This document shows, piece by piece, positions 42,324 to 53,436 of a DNA stretch of 64,000 nt. The stretch spans positions 48,667 through 112,666 of the forward strand of contig CAZOXU010000002.1 in assembly GCA_964583975.1 (NCBI GenBank), given 5' to 3'. Each line of letters starts with the position of its first letter. Within the stretch, counting starts at the first letter, position 1. Source of the DNA: an uncultured Planctomycetales bacterium (GTDB taxonomy: Bacteria; Omnitrophota; Gorgyraeia; Zapsychrales; Fredricksoniimonadaceae). The notes under the pieces are model-generated. The model had not been told where the DNA came from and made no database searches. It saw only the letters and a program-made list of their open reading frames with translations. The translations under genes were made by a program, and so were the position numbers.

Positions 42324-43650
42324 CCTTTAAGCCTTGATTTAAATCCTTGGGCCATGGATAAAATAAAACAGGTATTTTGATTTTAGGCAGATATTGAAAA
42401 CAATGGCTCCTTAAATAATTCTCATCAAAAACTCCTGTCATGCGAACAAAAGCCACCGGTCTATGCCCATATTCGGCATCTTCACGCGAGACAACAATGA
42501 CTTCTTTAACCTGAGGCGATCGTAATAATGCACTTTCAATTTCCTCAGGTTGAATATTCTCACCCGCACAGATAAACATGTTATCCATCCGCCCTAAAAC
42601 CGTTAGAAAACCATTCTCCAACTTTCCTAAATCTCTAGTCTCAAACCACCCTTCGCCAGTTACAGGAGCAGAAATCTTATTTTGATTCCAATAACCCTTA
42701 AATAAAACTTCACCTTTAACTAAAATCTGCCCTTGTTCGTTAATCATCAATTGACGATACGGTAAAACCTTGGCCGATGATTTATTAACATCCTGCACCT
42801 TACCCGTAGCCACTTGCGAAGACATTTCTGTTAATCCATAACTGACATATACCGATAAATCCAGTTCTAATGCTCGCTCTAATAAATTATGCGGAATTGA
42901 ACTACCGCCAAGCAAAATATACTTTAAAGATTTTAAAAAGGAATGATTGTCCTTATTTTCCATAAGCCTGTGAAGTTGAAGAGCTACCAAAGAAATATGG
43001 GTTGGTTGAGATTTCTTGATGACATAATCCAACTCTTCTTGCATCGACATAACAATAGTAGCTTGTGCTAGATAACAACGACAAACAATACTGATCCCTG
43101 AAACATGATACAAAGGTAAGGATAATATCCACCGGTCCCCCTTATTTAAGGCAATAGTCTCCTGCGAACCCTTGGCACTGTAATAATGGTTTCCCCAGGT
43201 GTGGACTGCGGCCTTAGGTAAATTACTACTACCTGATGTCCATATGATGGTCGCCTCTTGATCTAAAGGAATCTCGGATGTAGCTACAACTTGGACCTGT
43301 CTGGCATCATAGGAAATCAAATCTTTAAGATCAATGATCGGGACTAATATTTTTTTACCTGCTTTAAATTGTTTATTAGCAGTTAACACAACCTTAGGAT
43401 TGAGTTTTTGGCAACACTGCAGTAAGGTTTCATATGGCCAGGCAGGATTTAAAGGACAAGCAATAGCTCCCATTTTCCAAAGAGAAAGCAAGACAATGAC
43501 ATACTCAATACTATTTTGTTCAATAATGACAACGCGATCGCCCAGACCAATACCTCGACCTTTCAGATGCTTCATGACCGCACTGATATAATGCTCTAGC
43601 CTTTCATAATCAATTTTTCTAGATCCCCAAATAATCGCTTGCTCACTCAT
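42283..43650 (-). CDS. menE: O-succinylbenzoate-CoA ligase.
   Basis: 455 aa. AMP-binding enzyme (TSGSSNLPKA P-loop). It lies in the men cluster. Confidence 0.8.
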   Translation of the reverse strand: MSEQAIIWGSRKIDYERLEHYISAVMKHLKGRGIGLGDRVVIIEQNSIEYVIVLLSLWKMGAIACPLNPAWPYETLLQCCQKLNPKVVLTANKQFKAGKKILVPIIDLKDLISYDARQVQVVATSEIPLDQEATIIWTSGSSNLPKAAVHTWGNHYYSAKGSQETIALNKGDRWILSLPLYHVSGISIVCRCYLAQATIVMSMQEELDYVIKKSQPTHISLVALQLHRLMENKDNHSFLKSLKYILLGGSSIPHNLLERALELDLSVYVSYGLTEMSSQVATGKVQDVNKSSAKVLPYRQLMINEQGQILVKGEVLFKGYWNQNKISAPVTGEGWFETRDLGKLENGFLTVLGRMDNMFICAGENIQPEEIESALLRSPQVKEVIVVSREDAEYGHRPVAFVRMTGVFDENYLRSHCFQYLPKIKIPVLFYPWPKDLNQGLKVSRQFFQERIGRL

Positions 43651-44714
43651 CGCAATAAATCCTTAAGAATAATACACTGTTGATTAATCAAATGTTCACT
43701 CTTAAGCCAGCGGTCTGTTCCTAAACCTGGCACTTGTTCACTAACCAACGCTAAATTTGCTAAAACCTTAAGTCCGACTGCAGACTCAAAGCTCGAACTA
43801 ATAATAGGTTTCTTACCATGACGCCAGGCTTCTTCAATCCACTGCAAGGTCTCTATGAATCCTAAAGCCATGGGTTTTAAAACATACGCTTTGACAGCTT
43901 CATGCTGCGCCAAGGTTGGCGAACATCTGCCTGGCGCAGTCACGCCGCATTTTGATACCTTTAAAGTTTCATCTAAAGCTACTGGAAAATGACTCTGTTG
44001 ATAAAATTGATTAAGCTGGCTAATATCACTCAAGGGTTCTTCTATAAATTCAATTCGCTCATGCCCTATAAGCTCTACAAACAAAAGCGCTTCTTTCAAA
44101 CTCCAGACACGATTTCCATCCAGACGTAATAAAGCATCTTTAGGTATTATCTTTCTTAATTCTTGGACTTTTTTGACATCCAAAGGAATATTTCGATCTC
44201 CAACTTTGAGCTTAAATACTTTTATACCTGCCTCGACTAAGCTTTTAGCCTCAGTGATAACCTGATCATAGGTTCCTTGTAAAAGAGCAGCCGAAGCAAC
44301 GTCCTCAAGCGTTGATCCTAAGAATTCTGCCAGACTGACTCGTTGAGATTGGGCAACAAATAAAAAACAAGCTGATTCAACAGCAAATCTAGCACTAGGA
44401 CATAACTCTTTAATAAGAACGTCATCTTTTAACTCTCGGATCAAAGATTTTCTATCATCCGCTAGCTTCAAACCTTTAAGGTGTTTTTGAATTTCTTCAA
44501 GGTGATGCCGGCAATGTTTGAGTGTCTCAGCACTCACTCCCGGCAAAGGGGCTGCCTCTGAGCAAACAGACATTCCATCAGTGGAAATTAAGGTCAAATA
44601 AAAACCTGTCCGCTGAGTAAGAATATTACCTGCAAAGGTGAAGGATTGAGTAAGTGGAATTTCAAAAGGAACAATTGAAGATTGGGCAATAACTAACGAC
44701 TGCACAGGATCCAT
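43647..44714 (-). CDS. menC: O-succinylbenzoate synthase (enolase superfamily).
   Basis: 355 aa. KLKVG...D-x-N motif pattern, in men context. Confidence 0.7.
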   Translation of the reverse strand: MDPVQSLVIAQSSIVPFEIPLTQSFTFAGNILTQRTGFYLTLISTDGMSVCSEAAPLPGVSAETLKHCRHHLEEIQKHLKGLKLADDRKSLIRELKDDVLIKELCPSARFAVESACFLFVAQSQRVSLAEFLGSTLEDVASAALLQGTYDQVITEAKSLVEAGIKVFKLKVGDRNIPLDVKKVQELRKIIPKDALLRLDGNRVWSLKEALLFVELIGHERIEFIEEPLSDISQLNQFYQQSHFPVALDETLKVSKCGVTAPGRCSPTLAQHEAVKAYVLKPMALGFIETLQWIEEAWRHGKKPIISSSFESAVGLKVLANLALVSEQVPGLGTDRWLKSEHLINQQCIILKDLLR

Positions 44715-45568
44715 CCAATAGAAAATACAACACTATAGAGTAAAAGCCATCGCCCTGTGGTAGCTAAAGCAGAATTCAAAGCCTGTGGGTCAGAGTTAGT
44801 CATGACTGTTCGCACAGTAGGAATAGCTAAAAAACCAACGCCAGAGGCAGCCAACATTCCTAGATGATCTTTGGTGATTAAAAAGACCAAAAAAGGAGAA
44901 ATTGTAGTAGCTAAAATACAAAATAAATATTCAGCAAAAGCAAATTTCTTACCAAAACGTACCGCTAAGGTCAGTTTTCCTACCTTACGATCACCTTCAA
45001 TATCTCTCAAATTATTAATGGCTAGAATAGCGCAAGATAAAAAACCGGGAGCCAGACCAGCTAATACAATCGCCCAATCAATATCCAAGGCCTGCACATA
45101 ATAAGTACCTCCAACTGCAACTGGGCCAAAGAAAATAAAAACAAATAATTCACCTAGACCTAGATAAGCCAAGGCGTTCTTCCCTGCTGTATAAAGGATT
45201 CCTGAGGTTATAGCCGTCACGGCAATGATGGCAATTGTTGCTCCAGCACGATAAACAAGGTAGCTACTACAGATGGCTGCTAAGATAAAAACAATCACCA
45301 TGACTCGAAAGATATCAGCTGGTTTTATCAAGCCTGCCTGGGTTACGCGCAGAGGGCCTACTCGATTAACATCCGCACCCTTCTTAAAATCAAAATAATC
45401 ATTAGCTAGATTGGTCCCGATTTGAATAAGTAAGGCAGTAATAAGACATGTAATGGCGGATAAGGCATGAAAGATCCCGTCTCCCCAGGCCATCGATGCT
45501 CCAATTAGAACTGGAGCAATAGCAGCTGGCAAGGTTTTAGGACGAATAGCAAGAAGCCAAGGACTCAT
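44693..45568 (-). CDS. menA: 1,4-dihydroxy-2-naphthoate polyprenyltransferase.
   Basis: 291 aa. UbiA-family membrane prenyltransferase (NDYFD...). Confidence 0.85.
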   Translation of the reverse strand: MSPWLLAIRPKTLPAAIAPVLIGASMAWGDGIFHALSAITCLITALLIQIGTNLANDYFDFKKGADVNRVGPLRVTQAGLIKPADIFRVMVIVFILAAICSSYLVYRAGATIAIIAVTAITSGILYTAGKNALAYLGLGELFVFIFFGPVAVGGTYYVQALDIDWAIVLAGLAPGFLSCAILAINNLRDIEGDRKVGKLTLAVRFGKKFAFAEYLFCILATTISPFLVFLITKDHLGMLAASGVGFLAIPTVRTVMTNSDPQALNSALATTGRWLLLYSVVFSIGWILCSR

Positions 45569-46386
45569 GGTCTTTTAGGAAATTTTGAAAAATCAGGTTT
45601 ACGTTTTTGTACAAAAGCATTGCGCCCTTCTTGACCTTCTTCAGTCATGTAAAACAACAAGGTCGCATTTCCAGCTAATTCTTGTAAACCAGTTTGGCCA
45701 TCACAATCCGCATTTAAAGCTGACTTAAGGCAACGAATAGCTAGTGGTGAATGTTGCAATATTTCCTTACACCACTGAATAGTTTCTTGTTCTAATCTTT
45801 TATAAGGAACAACCGTATTGACCAGACCCATTTCCAATGCCTGTTTGGCATTATACTGACGGCATAAAAACCAAATTTCGCGAGCCTTTTTCTGTCCCAC
45901 GATACGAGCCATATAGCTGGAACCAAAGCCGCCATCAAAAGATCCAACCTTAGGACCGGTTTGGCCAAAGATAGCATTATCAGCCGCGACCGTTAAATCA
46001 CAAACCATCTGAAGGATTTGTCCGCCACCCACGGCATAACCTGCCACCATGGCAATCACAGGTTTGGGACAGCCACGAATTTGTTTTTGAAAATCTAAAA
46101 CATTCAATCGGTTGGTCCCGTCTTTATCTTTGTATCCCGCATCACCTCTAATTTTCTGATCTCCACCTGAACAAAACGCATCTTTACCCTCACCTGTCAA
46201 AATAATAACGCCAATTCTTTCATCATCCCTAGCATCATTGAGAGCATCCATCATTTCTTTAACAGTCACTGGTGTAAATGCATTTCGACGATGTGGACGG
46301 TTAATGGTAATTTTAGCAATACCATCCATCTTTTGGTATTTAATATCTTCATATTGACCTGCAGTTTTCCAAGAAACTTTACTCAT
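45565..46386 (-). CDS. menB: 1,4-dihydroxy-2-naphthoyl-CoA synthase.
   Basis: 273 aa. Crotonase fold (AFCSGGDQK...). MenB family. Confidence 0.9.
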   Translation of the reverse strand: MSKVSWKTAGQYEDIKYQKMDGIAKITINRPHRRNAFTPVTVKEMMDALNDARDDERIGVIILTGEGKDAFCSGGDQKIRGDAGYKDKDGTNRLNVLDFQKQIRGCPKPVIAMVAGYAVGGGQILQMVCDLTVAADNAIFGQTGPKVGSFDGGFGSSYMARIVGQKKAREIWFLCRQYNAKQALEMGLVNTVVPYKRLEQETIQWCKEILQHSPLAIRCLKSALNADCDGQTGLQELAGNATLLFYMTEEGQEGRNAFVQKRKPDFSKFPKRP

Positions 46387-46400
46387 GAGGACCTCTCTAA

Positions 46401-46733
46401 TTAATGTAATGGACTTTTAAACGTTTCATCTTTATAGCGTGGGATTAAATGAATGTGGGCATGCATGACAATCTGACCTGCCACCGCCCCACTATTAACC
46501 AATAAATTATAACCATCAGGACGATGTTCTTTATCTAAAAGCTCTTTGGCTTTATTAATCAGTGAATGTAATGCTCGAATCTCATCCAAACTTGCTTGGA
46601 AAAGTTGTTCGCAATGCCGTTTGGGAATAAATAACATATGCCCTTTGCTCGCTGGCTTAATATCATAAATTGCATAGGCCAAATTATTATCTAAAACTTT
46701 AGGTAAATTTGAACAAAAAATACATTCAGACAT
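46401..46733 (-). CDS. HIT-family hydrolase.
   Basis: Histidine triad HAHIHLIP. The probable start is MSECIFC at 46733. The ORF track extends to 46790. Confidence 0.8.
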   Translation of the reverse strand: MSECIFCSNLPKVLDNNLAYAIYDIKPASKGHMLFIPKRHCEQLFQASLDEIRALHSLINKAKELLDKEHRPDGYNLLVNSGAVAGQIVMHAHIHLIPRYKDETFKSPLH

Positions 46734-46805
46734 GGGGCTGTCTTTCTTTAAGGAACATTTAGAGTTGTATCGACGAATAACGCAGGGCACAAACAGAAAT
46801 GAAAA

Positions 46806-47069
46806 TTAAACTTTTAAACTTCTTTGTAATTCTTCTACGTCTTTTTTAGCCTTTGATATAGTCACCTGAAAAATTTCACAATAAAGTTGAATGGCTAAAT
46901 CTTTTTCACCTTCCATCAGAAGATGTCGGACATCAAACATCGTAGCCCTACCTTTGGTTGGTAATTTTCCTCGACGACGAGCATCATTAAGCACTCGGAC
47001 CCTATAAATATTAACTAAAATCAAAGCGCTAACTAAAACAATTAAAGTTGTGTAAAGATAAATAATCAT
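46806..47069 (-). CDS. Small membrane-anchored hypothetical protein.
   Basis: 87 aa. An N-terminal TM helix, then a charged C-terminal helix. Confidence 0.35.
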   Translation of the reverse strand: MIIYLYTTLIVLVSALILVNIYRVRVLNDARRRGKLPTKGRATMFDVRHLLMEGEKDLAIQLYCEIFQVTISKAKKDVEELQRSLKV

Positions 47070-47081
47070 ATTTTCCTCATT

Positions 47082-47306
47082 TTAATCATCATTAGAATCC
47101 TTGGCCTCTTTTGAGAAATCATCGACTACTTTTTTAACCTGCAGTTCGGCTTTATCAATCTTGAGCTTACATAATCGGATCAATTCTACAGCTTCTTTGA
47201 CCTGCTCAGCCAATTCATCAACATCCACATCTTCATCGTCAAGCTGTCGGATAATTTCATCTAAACGTTCAACAGCTTCTCTATATTTAACCTGGTTAGA
47301 ATTCAT
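47082..47306 (-). CDS. xseB: Exodeoxyribonuclease VII small subunit.
   Basis: 74 aa. YREAVERLDEIIRQLDDEDVDVDELAEQVKEAVELIRLCKLKI. Confidence 0.8.
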   Translation of the reverse strand: MNSNQVKYREAVERLDEIIRQLDDEDVDVDELAEQVKEAVELIRLCKLKIDKAELQVKKVVDDFSKEAKDSNDD

Positions 47307-48640
47307 GATGCCCCTTTAAGTATTTCTTTAATCTCGCTTGTCACCACACCATCAGCTAATTGCGTGGTTAAAATCCCCTTACTTTTAATACTTTTAATGC
47401 TCTTAATAACCTTACCCTTAGAGTCTCTCGTAATACTAAAACCCTTTTTAAGCATGTTTTTGGGGTCTATGACTTGCACAAACTTTTGATACCCATCTAT
47501 TTTAGTCTTGGATGCCTGCAGACGCAATTGAATTGTTCGTTTTAAAGCATCTTTCCATTGTAAATTCTGTTTTCGGGCATTCTTAATCGTAAAAAGTGGT
47601 AATCGTCTAAAACTTTCTGTCATGCGCGAAATCAGGCTTTGTTGAATTTGGATGGCCCCCTGGGTGGAATGACGCAATATCAAAGCCTGACTTTTGATGT
47701 ATTCACGCTTTTCTTTTAATCGTTCTTCAACCAAATTAAATAAAGAATTTTGCTTTTCTTCGATTGATAACAAGAAGGTTTGAATCTGGTTTATCAGGAA
47801 GCCTGCCACGGCTGTAGGAGTTTTGGCAAAGGTATGTGCAGCTAAATCGGTCACGGTTGTATTAATCTCATGTCCTATCCCACTGATAATAGGGACTTTA
47901 GAAGAAGCGACAGCCTCAGCGATCATCTGGCTGTCAAAACAGCTTAAATCAGCGATCGAACCACCGCCACGGGTAATCACAATAACGTCTATACCAGGAA
48001 TTCGATTTAACAGTTTAATCGCATTTGAAACCGAATTTTCTGTTGTTTTGCCTTGCATTATGGAGTTCACAATGCTCACACTAAAAGCATAGCCGGTTTT
48101 TTTGATTTCATCCACAAAATCATAATAAGCTGCAGACTCATACGATGTAATAAGCCCTATCGATAAGGGCAAAAGAGGCATCGGCAATTGCTTATTTTTT
48201 TCCAAAACTCCCTTTTGTCTTAATAAAGCGATCAACCGCTGGCGATCCTGAGCTATTTTTCCCAGCGTATAAGTAGGATCAATGGCTTCGCAAATCAATC
48301 GAACCTGTCCAAAAGGAGGATAAAACTCCACCTTACACAAAAGCTTCACTTCAATATCATCTTTAAGAACAAAAGCATTTTCAGCTTTTTGAAGCAGCGC
48401 TTCTATTTTAGGTCGAACATTGGCCCATATCGTAACGCCAATCTTAGCTACGATTGAATTGGAATCTTGATCTTTCTCGCTCAAGGTAAAATAAAGATGT
48501 TTCTTATCTCTTAATTCTTGGACTTCCCCACAAATCCATAAAGCTTGAGGAAATCCACTAGTCAAAACATCACGAATAAAATTATTTAACTCTGATACGG
48601 TTAGGAAATCATCACTGTGGTGGGCACTATTGAGCATCAA
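47303..48640 (-). CDS. xseA: Exodeoxyribonuclease VII large subunit.
   Basis: 445 aa. An OB-fold N-terminus followed by the XseA catalytic region. Confidence 0.85.
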   Translation of the reverse strand: MMLNSAHHSDDFLTVSELNNFIRDVLTSGFPQALWICGEVQELRDKKHLYFTLSEKDQDSNSIVAKIGVTIWANVRPKIEALLQKAENAFVLKDDIEVKLLCKVEFYPPFGQVRLICEAIDPTYTLGKIAQDRQRLIALLRQKGVLEKNKQLPMPLLPLSIGLITSYESAAYYDFVDEIKKTGYAFSVSIVNSIMQGKTTENSVSNAIKLLNRIPGIDVIVITRGGGSIADLSCFDSQMIAEAVASSKVPIISGIGHEINTTVTDLAAHTFAKTPTAVAGFLINQIQTFLLSIEEKQNSLFNLVEERLKEKREYIKSQALILRHSTQGAIQIQQSLISRMTESFRRLPLFTIKNARKQNLQWKDALKRTIQLRLQASKTKIDGYQKFVQVIDPKNMLKKGFSITRDSKGKVIKSIKSIKSKGILTTQLADGVVTSEIKEILKGAS

Positions 48641-49062
48641 TTATCAATAAATCCAAGATTGAGAAGTTCTCGTTCCAACACTTGTCCTGCAGTAATAATA
48701 ACAGCTTCAAAACTTTTAATCTTTATCTGTAAAGAGTCCTTTAATGTGTGCAATTTCTTAGCATTCTCGGCATTTTTATTCTTCATATCCGAGCTATACC
48801 ACTGTTCATAACTTTTATAATCTTCGTAGGCTTTATTAAAATCTGTTAAAGCATCAGCATATTTCTTTATTTCTTGATGAGCTTTCAAGACATCTAAGTC
48901 TTTAACTTTTTGCCACTTTTCTAGCAAATAAGGGTTTGTAATAAACTGACGCTGATCCATTACATAGTAAATTTCAAGATTCTTTTCAATTTCATCTAGA
49001 AACTCTAACAATTGTTTTTTAAATAGACTTTTTTGATGCCACGATTTTAAAAGCTTAAGCAT
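48637..49062 (-). CDS. Hypothetical protein.
   Basis: 141 aa, K/E-rich helical. It is translationally coupled to xseA. Confidence 0.4.
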   Translation of the reverse strand: MLKLLKSWHQKSLFKKQLLEFLDEIEKNLEIYYVMDQRQFITNPYLLEKWQKVKDLDVLKAHQEIKKYADALTDFNKAYEDYKSYEQWYSSDMKNKNAENAKKLHTLKDSLQIKIKSFEAVIITAGQVLERELLNLGFIDN

Positions 49063-49066
49063 ATTC

Positions 49067-51088
49067 CTACCTTTGCATTAAATTCAAATATTGAAATAAG
49101 AATTTTAACTCATCCCAACGGATAATTGGCAATATCGTCGAATAATTATCACTCCAAGGTCTAATGGTCGGATACAACCCAACATCTATGGTTTTCCAAT
49201 TATATTGATTCAACAATTTCTGATACTTTTGCTTATCCCAAGTCATCACAGCCCAGACCGTACGCATGGTTAAACCTTCATCGGATGTCTGTTTGTAAGC
49301 TACCTGGGCCCCCATATCTTGGGCTATATGAGCCAAGATTGGCTTAAGATCAAAATAACGATTGGGAATATGAAAAAGAATGACGCCTTCTTTACTCAAA
49401 TGTTCTTTATAAATCGCTGCGACATCTCGATTAATCAAATGAGTTGGTATGGAATCCCCCCCAAAAGCATCTATGACCAAGACATCATAAAGAACATCTT
49501 TTTGTTTTTCCAGAGAAATACGCGCATCTCCTAAGAAAATATTGATCTGCCCTGGAGCTAAAGAAAGATAGCCAAAATAATTCTTAGCTAAAGTTACCAC
49601 ATCTGGGTCTAATTCAAAAAAATCTATAGGACAATCCGCACTAGAATACATAGCAATAGTTCCAGCGCCTAACCCAACCCCTCCAATACGGTTGATCTTT
49701 AAAATATCCTTGGTAAGCACATCACCTAAAGGAGATGTGGGGCTATAATAACCTAAAGGAATCCATCTTTTGGAAGGTTCTAAGAACTCAACCCCATGCA
49801 AGGTGGTTCCATGTAAAAAAACCCTAAAATCTCTCTTATCAAAAATATCATAAATACCATAGTAATTACGCTTCTTGATCACCGAAGCATACTTTTTAAT
49901 AGCATTTTCAATGGGTGAAGAGAAAACAATTGCTATAAGGGCAAATATGGTTACGACCTTTCGATTTGCACCTAGTGCTAGTAATAAAAGACCTACTAAA
50001 AACTCGACTAAATTAGTCGACACTAATGGAATAATCCAGCTTGTAAGAATACCTCCTAAAAAACCACCTAAAGAAATCATTACGTAAAAAAAGGTCAAAT
50101 TTTTATGATGTGGCTTGGTTCGGATTAATTCTCCTTGAATAAACATACAAAGCAAAAAGAGCAAAACATTAAATATAACAATAGAAATAATTACAGGCAT
50201 GGTAAACATCTTGCTCAAAAAATAATAAACAATGGATGTGCCTACAATAAGAAAAATGAAATGGTTGATCCATGCTGGAGCAAAAGGTTTATTTTTAAAA
50301 TTAAAAACAAAACTCAACAGATAAATACTTAAGGGAATAATCCAAAGTAATGGGGCTGGAGTAACTTCATAAGTAATAATATTGGTTACCGAAAGGAATA
50401 AAACAACACCTGCAGCAGATAAGCATAACCATCCTAAAGCCTTAGACCAGTCATATTGAATTTTCTCAGATTTGTCAGCCACCTGCTTACTCACAGGAAC
50501 AATTTTCAAAGCCACGATATTTAAGAATACAAGAACAACGTAGACTAATCGCCAGATGTTTAATTGAGAGGTGTTGGTTAAATATAATTCAAACAAAAAA
50601 GGATAGGTCAAAAGGCCTAAAAAGGATCCTAAATTAGAAACAGCATATAATGCATAAGGATTATCTTTAGATTTCGTGGTGTTTGCTACAGCCAACCAAC
50701 TTTGCGTCACTAAACTCACAGTGGCAAGCACAAAAAAAACAGGGCCAATTGAAAAAAGAAGCTTAACAAAAATATCCATAACTAACGGCAGGTTGGATTC
50801 GCCATGAGGGATTTGTAACATTCTTCCAGGGAAGAAAACAAACGGAATCAAAAGAAGAATTAAATGAATCTTTAAATATCCAGCAATTCCCTTCTTCGTA
50901 ATCAATTGGTGGGCAAAAATATACCCCGCTAATAGAATGCCTTGAAAAAAAACAACACAAGCTCCCCAAACTAAATAACTCCCCCCATAATTAGGAAGAA
51001 AAAGCTTGGCAATAATCAATTCAATTTGGAATAATAAAAATGCAGATAAAAAGGTTATACCTGCTAAAAGATAAAAACCCAAATCCAA
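49067..51088 (-). CDS. Fused polytopic membrane domain / spermidine-synthase-like (PABS) protein.
   Basis: About 400 aa of TM helices, followed by GVGLGAGTIAMYSS...DVLVIDAFGGDSIPTHL (spermidine-synthase fold). Confidence 0.7.
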   Translation of the reverse strand: MDLGFYLLAGITFLSAFLLFQIELIIAKLFLPNYGGSYLVWGACVVFFQGILLAGYIFAHQLITKKGIAGYLKIHLILLLIPFVFFPGRMLQIPHGESNLPLVMDIFVKLLFSIGPVFFVLATVSLVTQSWLAVANTTKSKDNPYALYAVSNLGSFLGLLTYPFLFELYLTNTSQLNIWRLVYVVLVFLNIVALKIVPVSKQVADKSEKIQYDWSKALGWLCLSAAGVVLFLSVTNIITYEVTPAPLLWIIPLSIYLLSFVFNFKNKPFAPAWINHFIFLIVGTSIVYYFLSKMFTMPVIISIVIFNVLLFLLCMFIQGELIRTKPHHKNLTFFYVMISLGGFLGGILTSWIIPLVSTNLVEFLVGLLLLALGANRKVVTIFALIAIVFSSPIENAIKKYASVIKKRNYYGIYDIFDKRDFRVFLHGTTLHGVEFLEPSKRWIPLGYYSPTSPLGDVLTKDILKINRIGGVGLGAGTIAMYSSADCPIDFFELDPDVVTLAKNYFGYLSLAPGQINIFLGDARISLEKQKDVLYDVLVIDAFGGDSIPTHLINRDVAAIYKEHLSKEGVILFHIPNRYFDLKPILAHIAQDMGAQVAYKQTSDEGLTMRTVWAVMTWDKQKYQKLLNQYNWKTIDVGLYPTIRPWSDNYSTILPIIRWDELKFLFQYLNLMQR

Positions 51089-51108
51089 CTTCCCTTTCTA
51101 AGACAAGT

Positions 51109-51729
51109 TTATCCACCAAAAGTTCTTCGGGTTGAGGTTTTACGAATTTCTTTCTCGCTAGCCCAATCCAGTAATCCTGTGGTTAAATTCTTTAAATTAA
51201 GAGTAATTTTGAAATACACATCGGTAACCTTATCATTGCTTTGTTGAATCTCTGTAATGCTTCCAGTCAAAAGATATTCAGCTCCGAATTGTTTACCAAT
51301 TTGGATAGCCTTTAAAGAATCAACCAATCCACCTTCACGTTGGATCTTGATCTCTGCAAGAGCCGCCTCATCGGTACTTCGATCAATAAAACGAAACTTA
51401 CCTGATTGAATTAACTCGGTCCTAATAGAATCCGTAATGGCCTCGGTATCTACATGTTGCATCGATTTGTTTCTGACTTGATCAACAAGTATGACCGGAG
51501 GATGTTGATTGGTTAGTTGCACAACTGCAGGCGCAGATAAAAGTGACTGCACCATACTTTGAACAATTTGTTGAAGATCTGACGAACTAAAATCTGCTGA
51601 GATTAATTGTGGAGACTTCGCATCTTTATATTTAACCACAGGACCCGAAGCGCATCCTGTAATCATCACGACTAATAAACCGATAGAAAAATATTTAATC
51701 TGTTCATTCATAACTACCTCCCTATTCAT
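51109..51729 (-). CDS. LpoB-like lipoprotein (COG3417-like).
   Basis: Lipobox ITGCASG. VILVDQVRNKSMQHVDTEAITDSIRTELIQSGKFRFI resembles the LpoB core (LLVDSVNNRT...ETLRNALANNGKFTLV). Confidence 0.5.
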   Translation of the reverse strand: MNREVVMNEQIKYFSIGLLVVMITGCASGPVVKYKDAKSPQLISADFSSSDLQQIVQSMVQSLLSAPAVVQLTNQHPPVILVDQVRNKSMQHVDTEAITDSIRTELIQSGKFRFIDRSTDEAALAEIKIQREGGLVDSLKAIQIGKQFGAEYLLTGSITEIQQSNDKVTDVYFKITLNLKNLTTGLLDWASEKEIRKTSTRRTFGG

Positions 51730-53075
51730 GTTAGATTTAAGTAGTATATCCTATTCCCTGTTCGTACAAAACGAATTATTTTTTTACTATTCTCTTTAAC
51801 ATGAACTTTAATATATGCGTTTGCTCCCGTGTCTTTTTGCAAAAAAGCAAACTCATGTTCACCTGCTGAAACAGGTATTCGCATCACTTGAACATTAGCA
51901 GGCAAGGTTAACCAACTGCGCAAATCAGCATTTTCACTAAAAACATTATAAACTGAAATGGCTAAAGAACCCAAATCTCCCAATTCCCTTTCCACCTGTT
52001 TGGCAACAACCACCTTTGAAGCCACTCTAATTAATTCATGCGTCACCATGGCAGGTATTTTTTCCTTAAGAGCTTTAGCTGCGAGACCGGAGACATTACA
52101 GATAGGTTGAGTTTCAGTAATAATTTGCCCATTTTCGTAAACAAGCAATGGCGACGAATATAAAAATTCCATGTTATAAATAGGAAAGGCAACCGCAATA
52201 AAGTTAGGCGAATATAAAGATATCGGAAGAGGTATTTTGATTTCTTGTTTTTGCGGAACAAAACTATCTTCAAAGAAAACAATTAATTCACTAGTTTGAT
52301 CATTATTAAATGTCCGTGAAAGACGAGTCACATCTTTTTGAAGATAAGTGTTCTCAGGATAAATTTCTAAAGCTTTTTTATAATCAATATAGGCATCATC
52401 CCTCTGGCCAATCATTTCATAAATAATGCCTGATAAATAAAAGGTATAGGCATTTTGAAAAGAATTCTTTAAATTTCCAACAACCGCATCTAGTTTTGAG
52501 TATGCATTCACCACCGTACCAGGAATTTCGCTAGAAACCCCACGCTTTTGAGCTACAGCCTTAGCTTTTTCCAACTCACTAAGGTGTTCGCGCAAAGATT
52601 GTTCTTGTTGCATATTAGCTTTACGAATTTCAACAGCAGCCCCTTGCAAATCTTGTTGATAAAGATAATTCAAGGCCTGATAGTGATACAGCAATACTCG
52701 CTCATAACCAGGCATTCGATACGGCAAAGCATTGTCATTAACTAAAATTGAGCTAGCTTGAGCAGCTGCCCCAGAAGCACTAAAAACAGCTTTTTCATCT
52801 AAGTGCCGCATGGCTTCTTCGGCAGCTTGGAAGCTCTGCTTGCTTAGATAAATATCTCCTTGAATTTGAGCAATACGTCCACGTTCTAATAAATACAACA
52901 CCTTATCCCGAGACTTAAGCTTAGAGCCAAACTCTCTTTTAATATCGATAGAATTATTGTTTTGAATTTTCTCAATCAGAGGATTAATTTGAGATGTGTA
53001 GGAATGAAACGTGCTGGTCGATGCGCAACCAGAACAAAACAAAAATATAAGTACAATAAAAGAGTTTTTTATCAT
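51726..53075 (-). CDS. TPR-repeat lipoprotein.
   Basis: Lipobox LFCSGCAS. TPR-like repeats (AYIDYKKALEIYPEN...). 449 aa. Confidence 0.55.
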   Translation of the reverse strand: MIKNSFIVLIFLFCSGCASTSTFHSYTSQINPLIEKIQNNNSIDIKREFGSKLKSRDKVLYLLERGRIAQIQGDIYLSKQSFQAAEEAMRHLDEKAVFSASGAAAQASSILVNDNALPYRMPGYERVLLYHYQALNYLYQQDLQGAAVEIRKANMQQEQSLREHLSELEKAKAVAQKRGVSSEIPGTVVNAYSKLDAVVGNLKNSFQNAYTFYLSGIIYEMIGQRDDAYIDYKKALEIYPENTYLQKDVTRLSRTFNNDQTSELIVFFEDSFVPQKQEIKIPLPISLYSPNFIAVAFPIYNMEFLYSSPLLVYENGQIITETQPICNVSGLAAKALKEKIPAMVTHELIRVASKVVVAKQVERELGDLGSLAISVYNVFSENADLRSWLTLPANVQVMRIPVSAGEHEFAFLQKDTGANAYIKVHVKENSKKIIRFVRTGNRIYYLNLT

Positions 53076-53436
53076 GTGTCCAGTATGGTAAAAACCCTGT
53101 AAGAATAAAAAATAGCCTAGGTATACACTTACATAGAAATCTGTTCTTACTACATGTTTGTAATTTTGGTTACTATACCATAAAGTATTACCAAAATAGA
53201 TACAAAAAATTCAAGAATATTATCCGATTTATCCATCATTTGACGAAAAAATCAATACAACATTCTGACGATCAAAAAACTAATAGAACCCCCTTGGTTA
53301 TTAAGCAACGTTCTTCAAGAAAGAAAATTCGAGGATATTTAGGTATATTCCTAAGACAAAAATCCAAAAAATAATTCATAAAACAAGGAAATAACTTTAA
53401 TTGGATTTTTTTAAAATAACTGCTTCTTAGATAATA

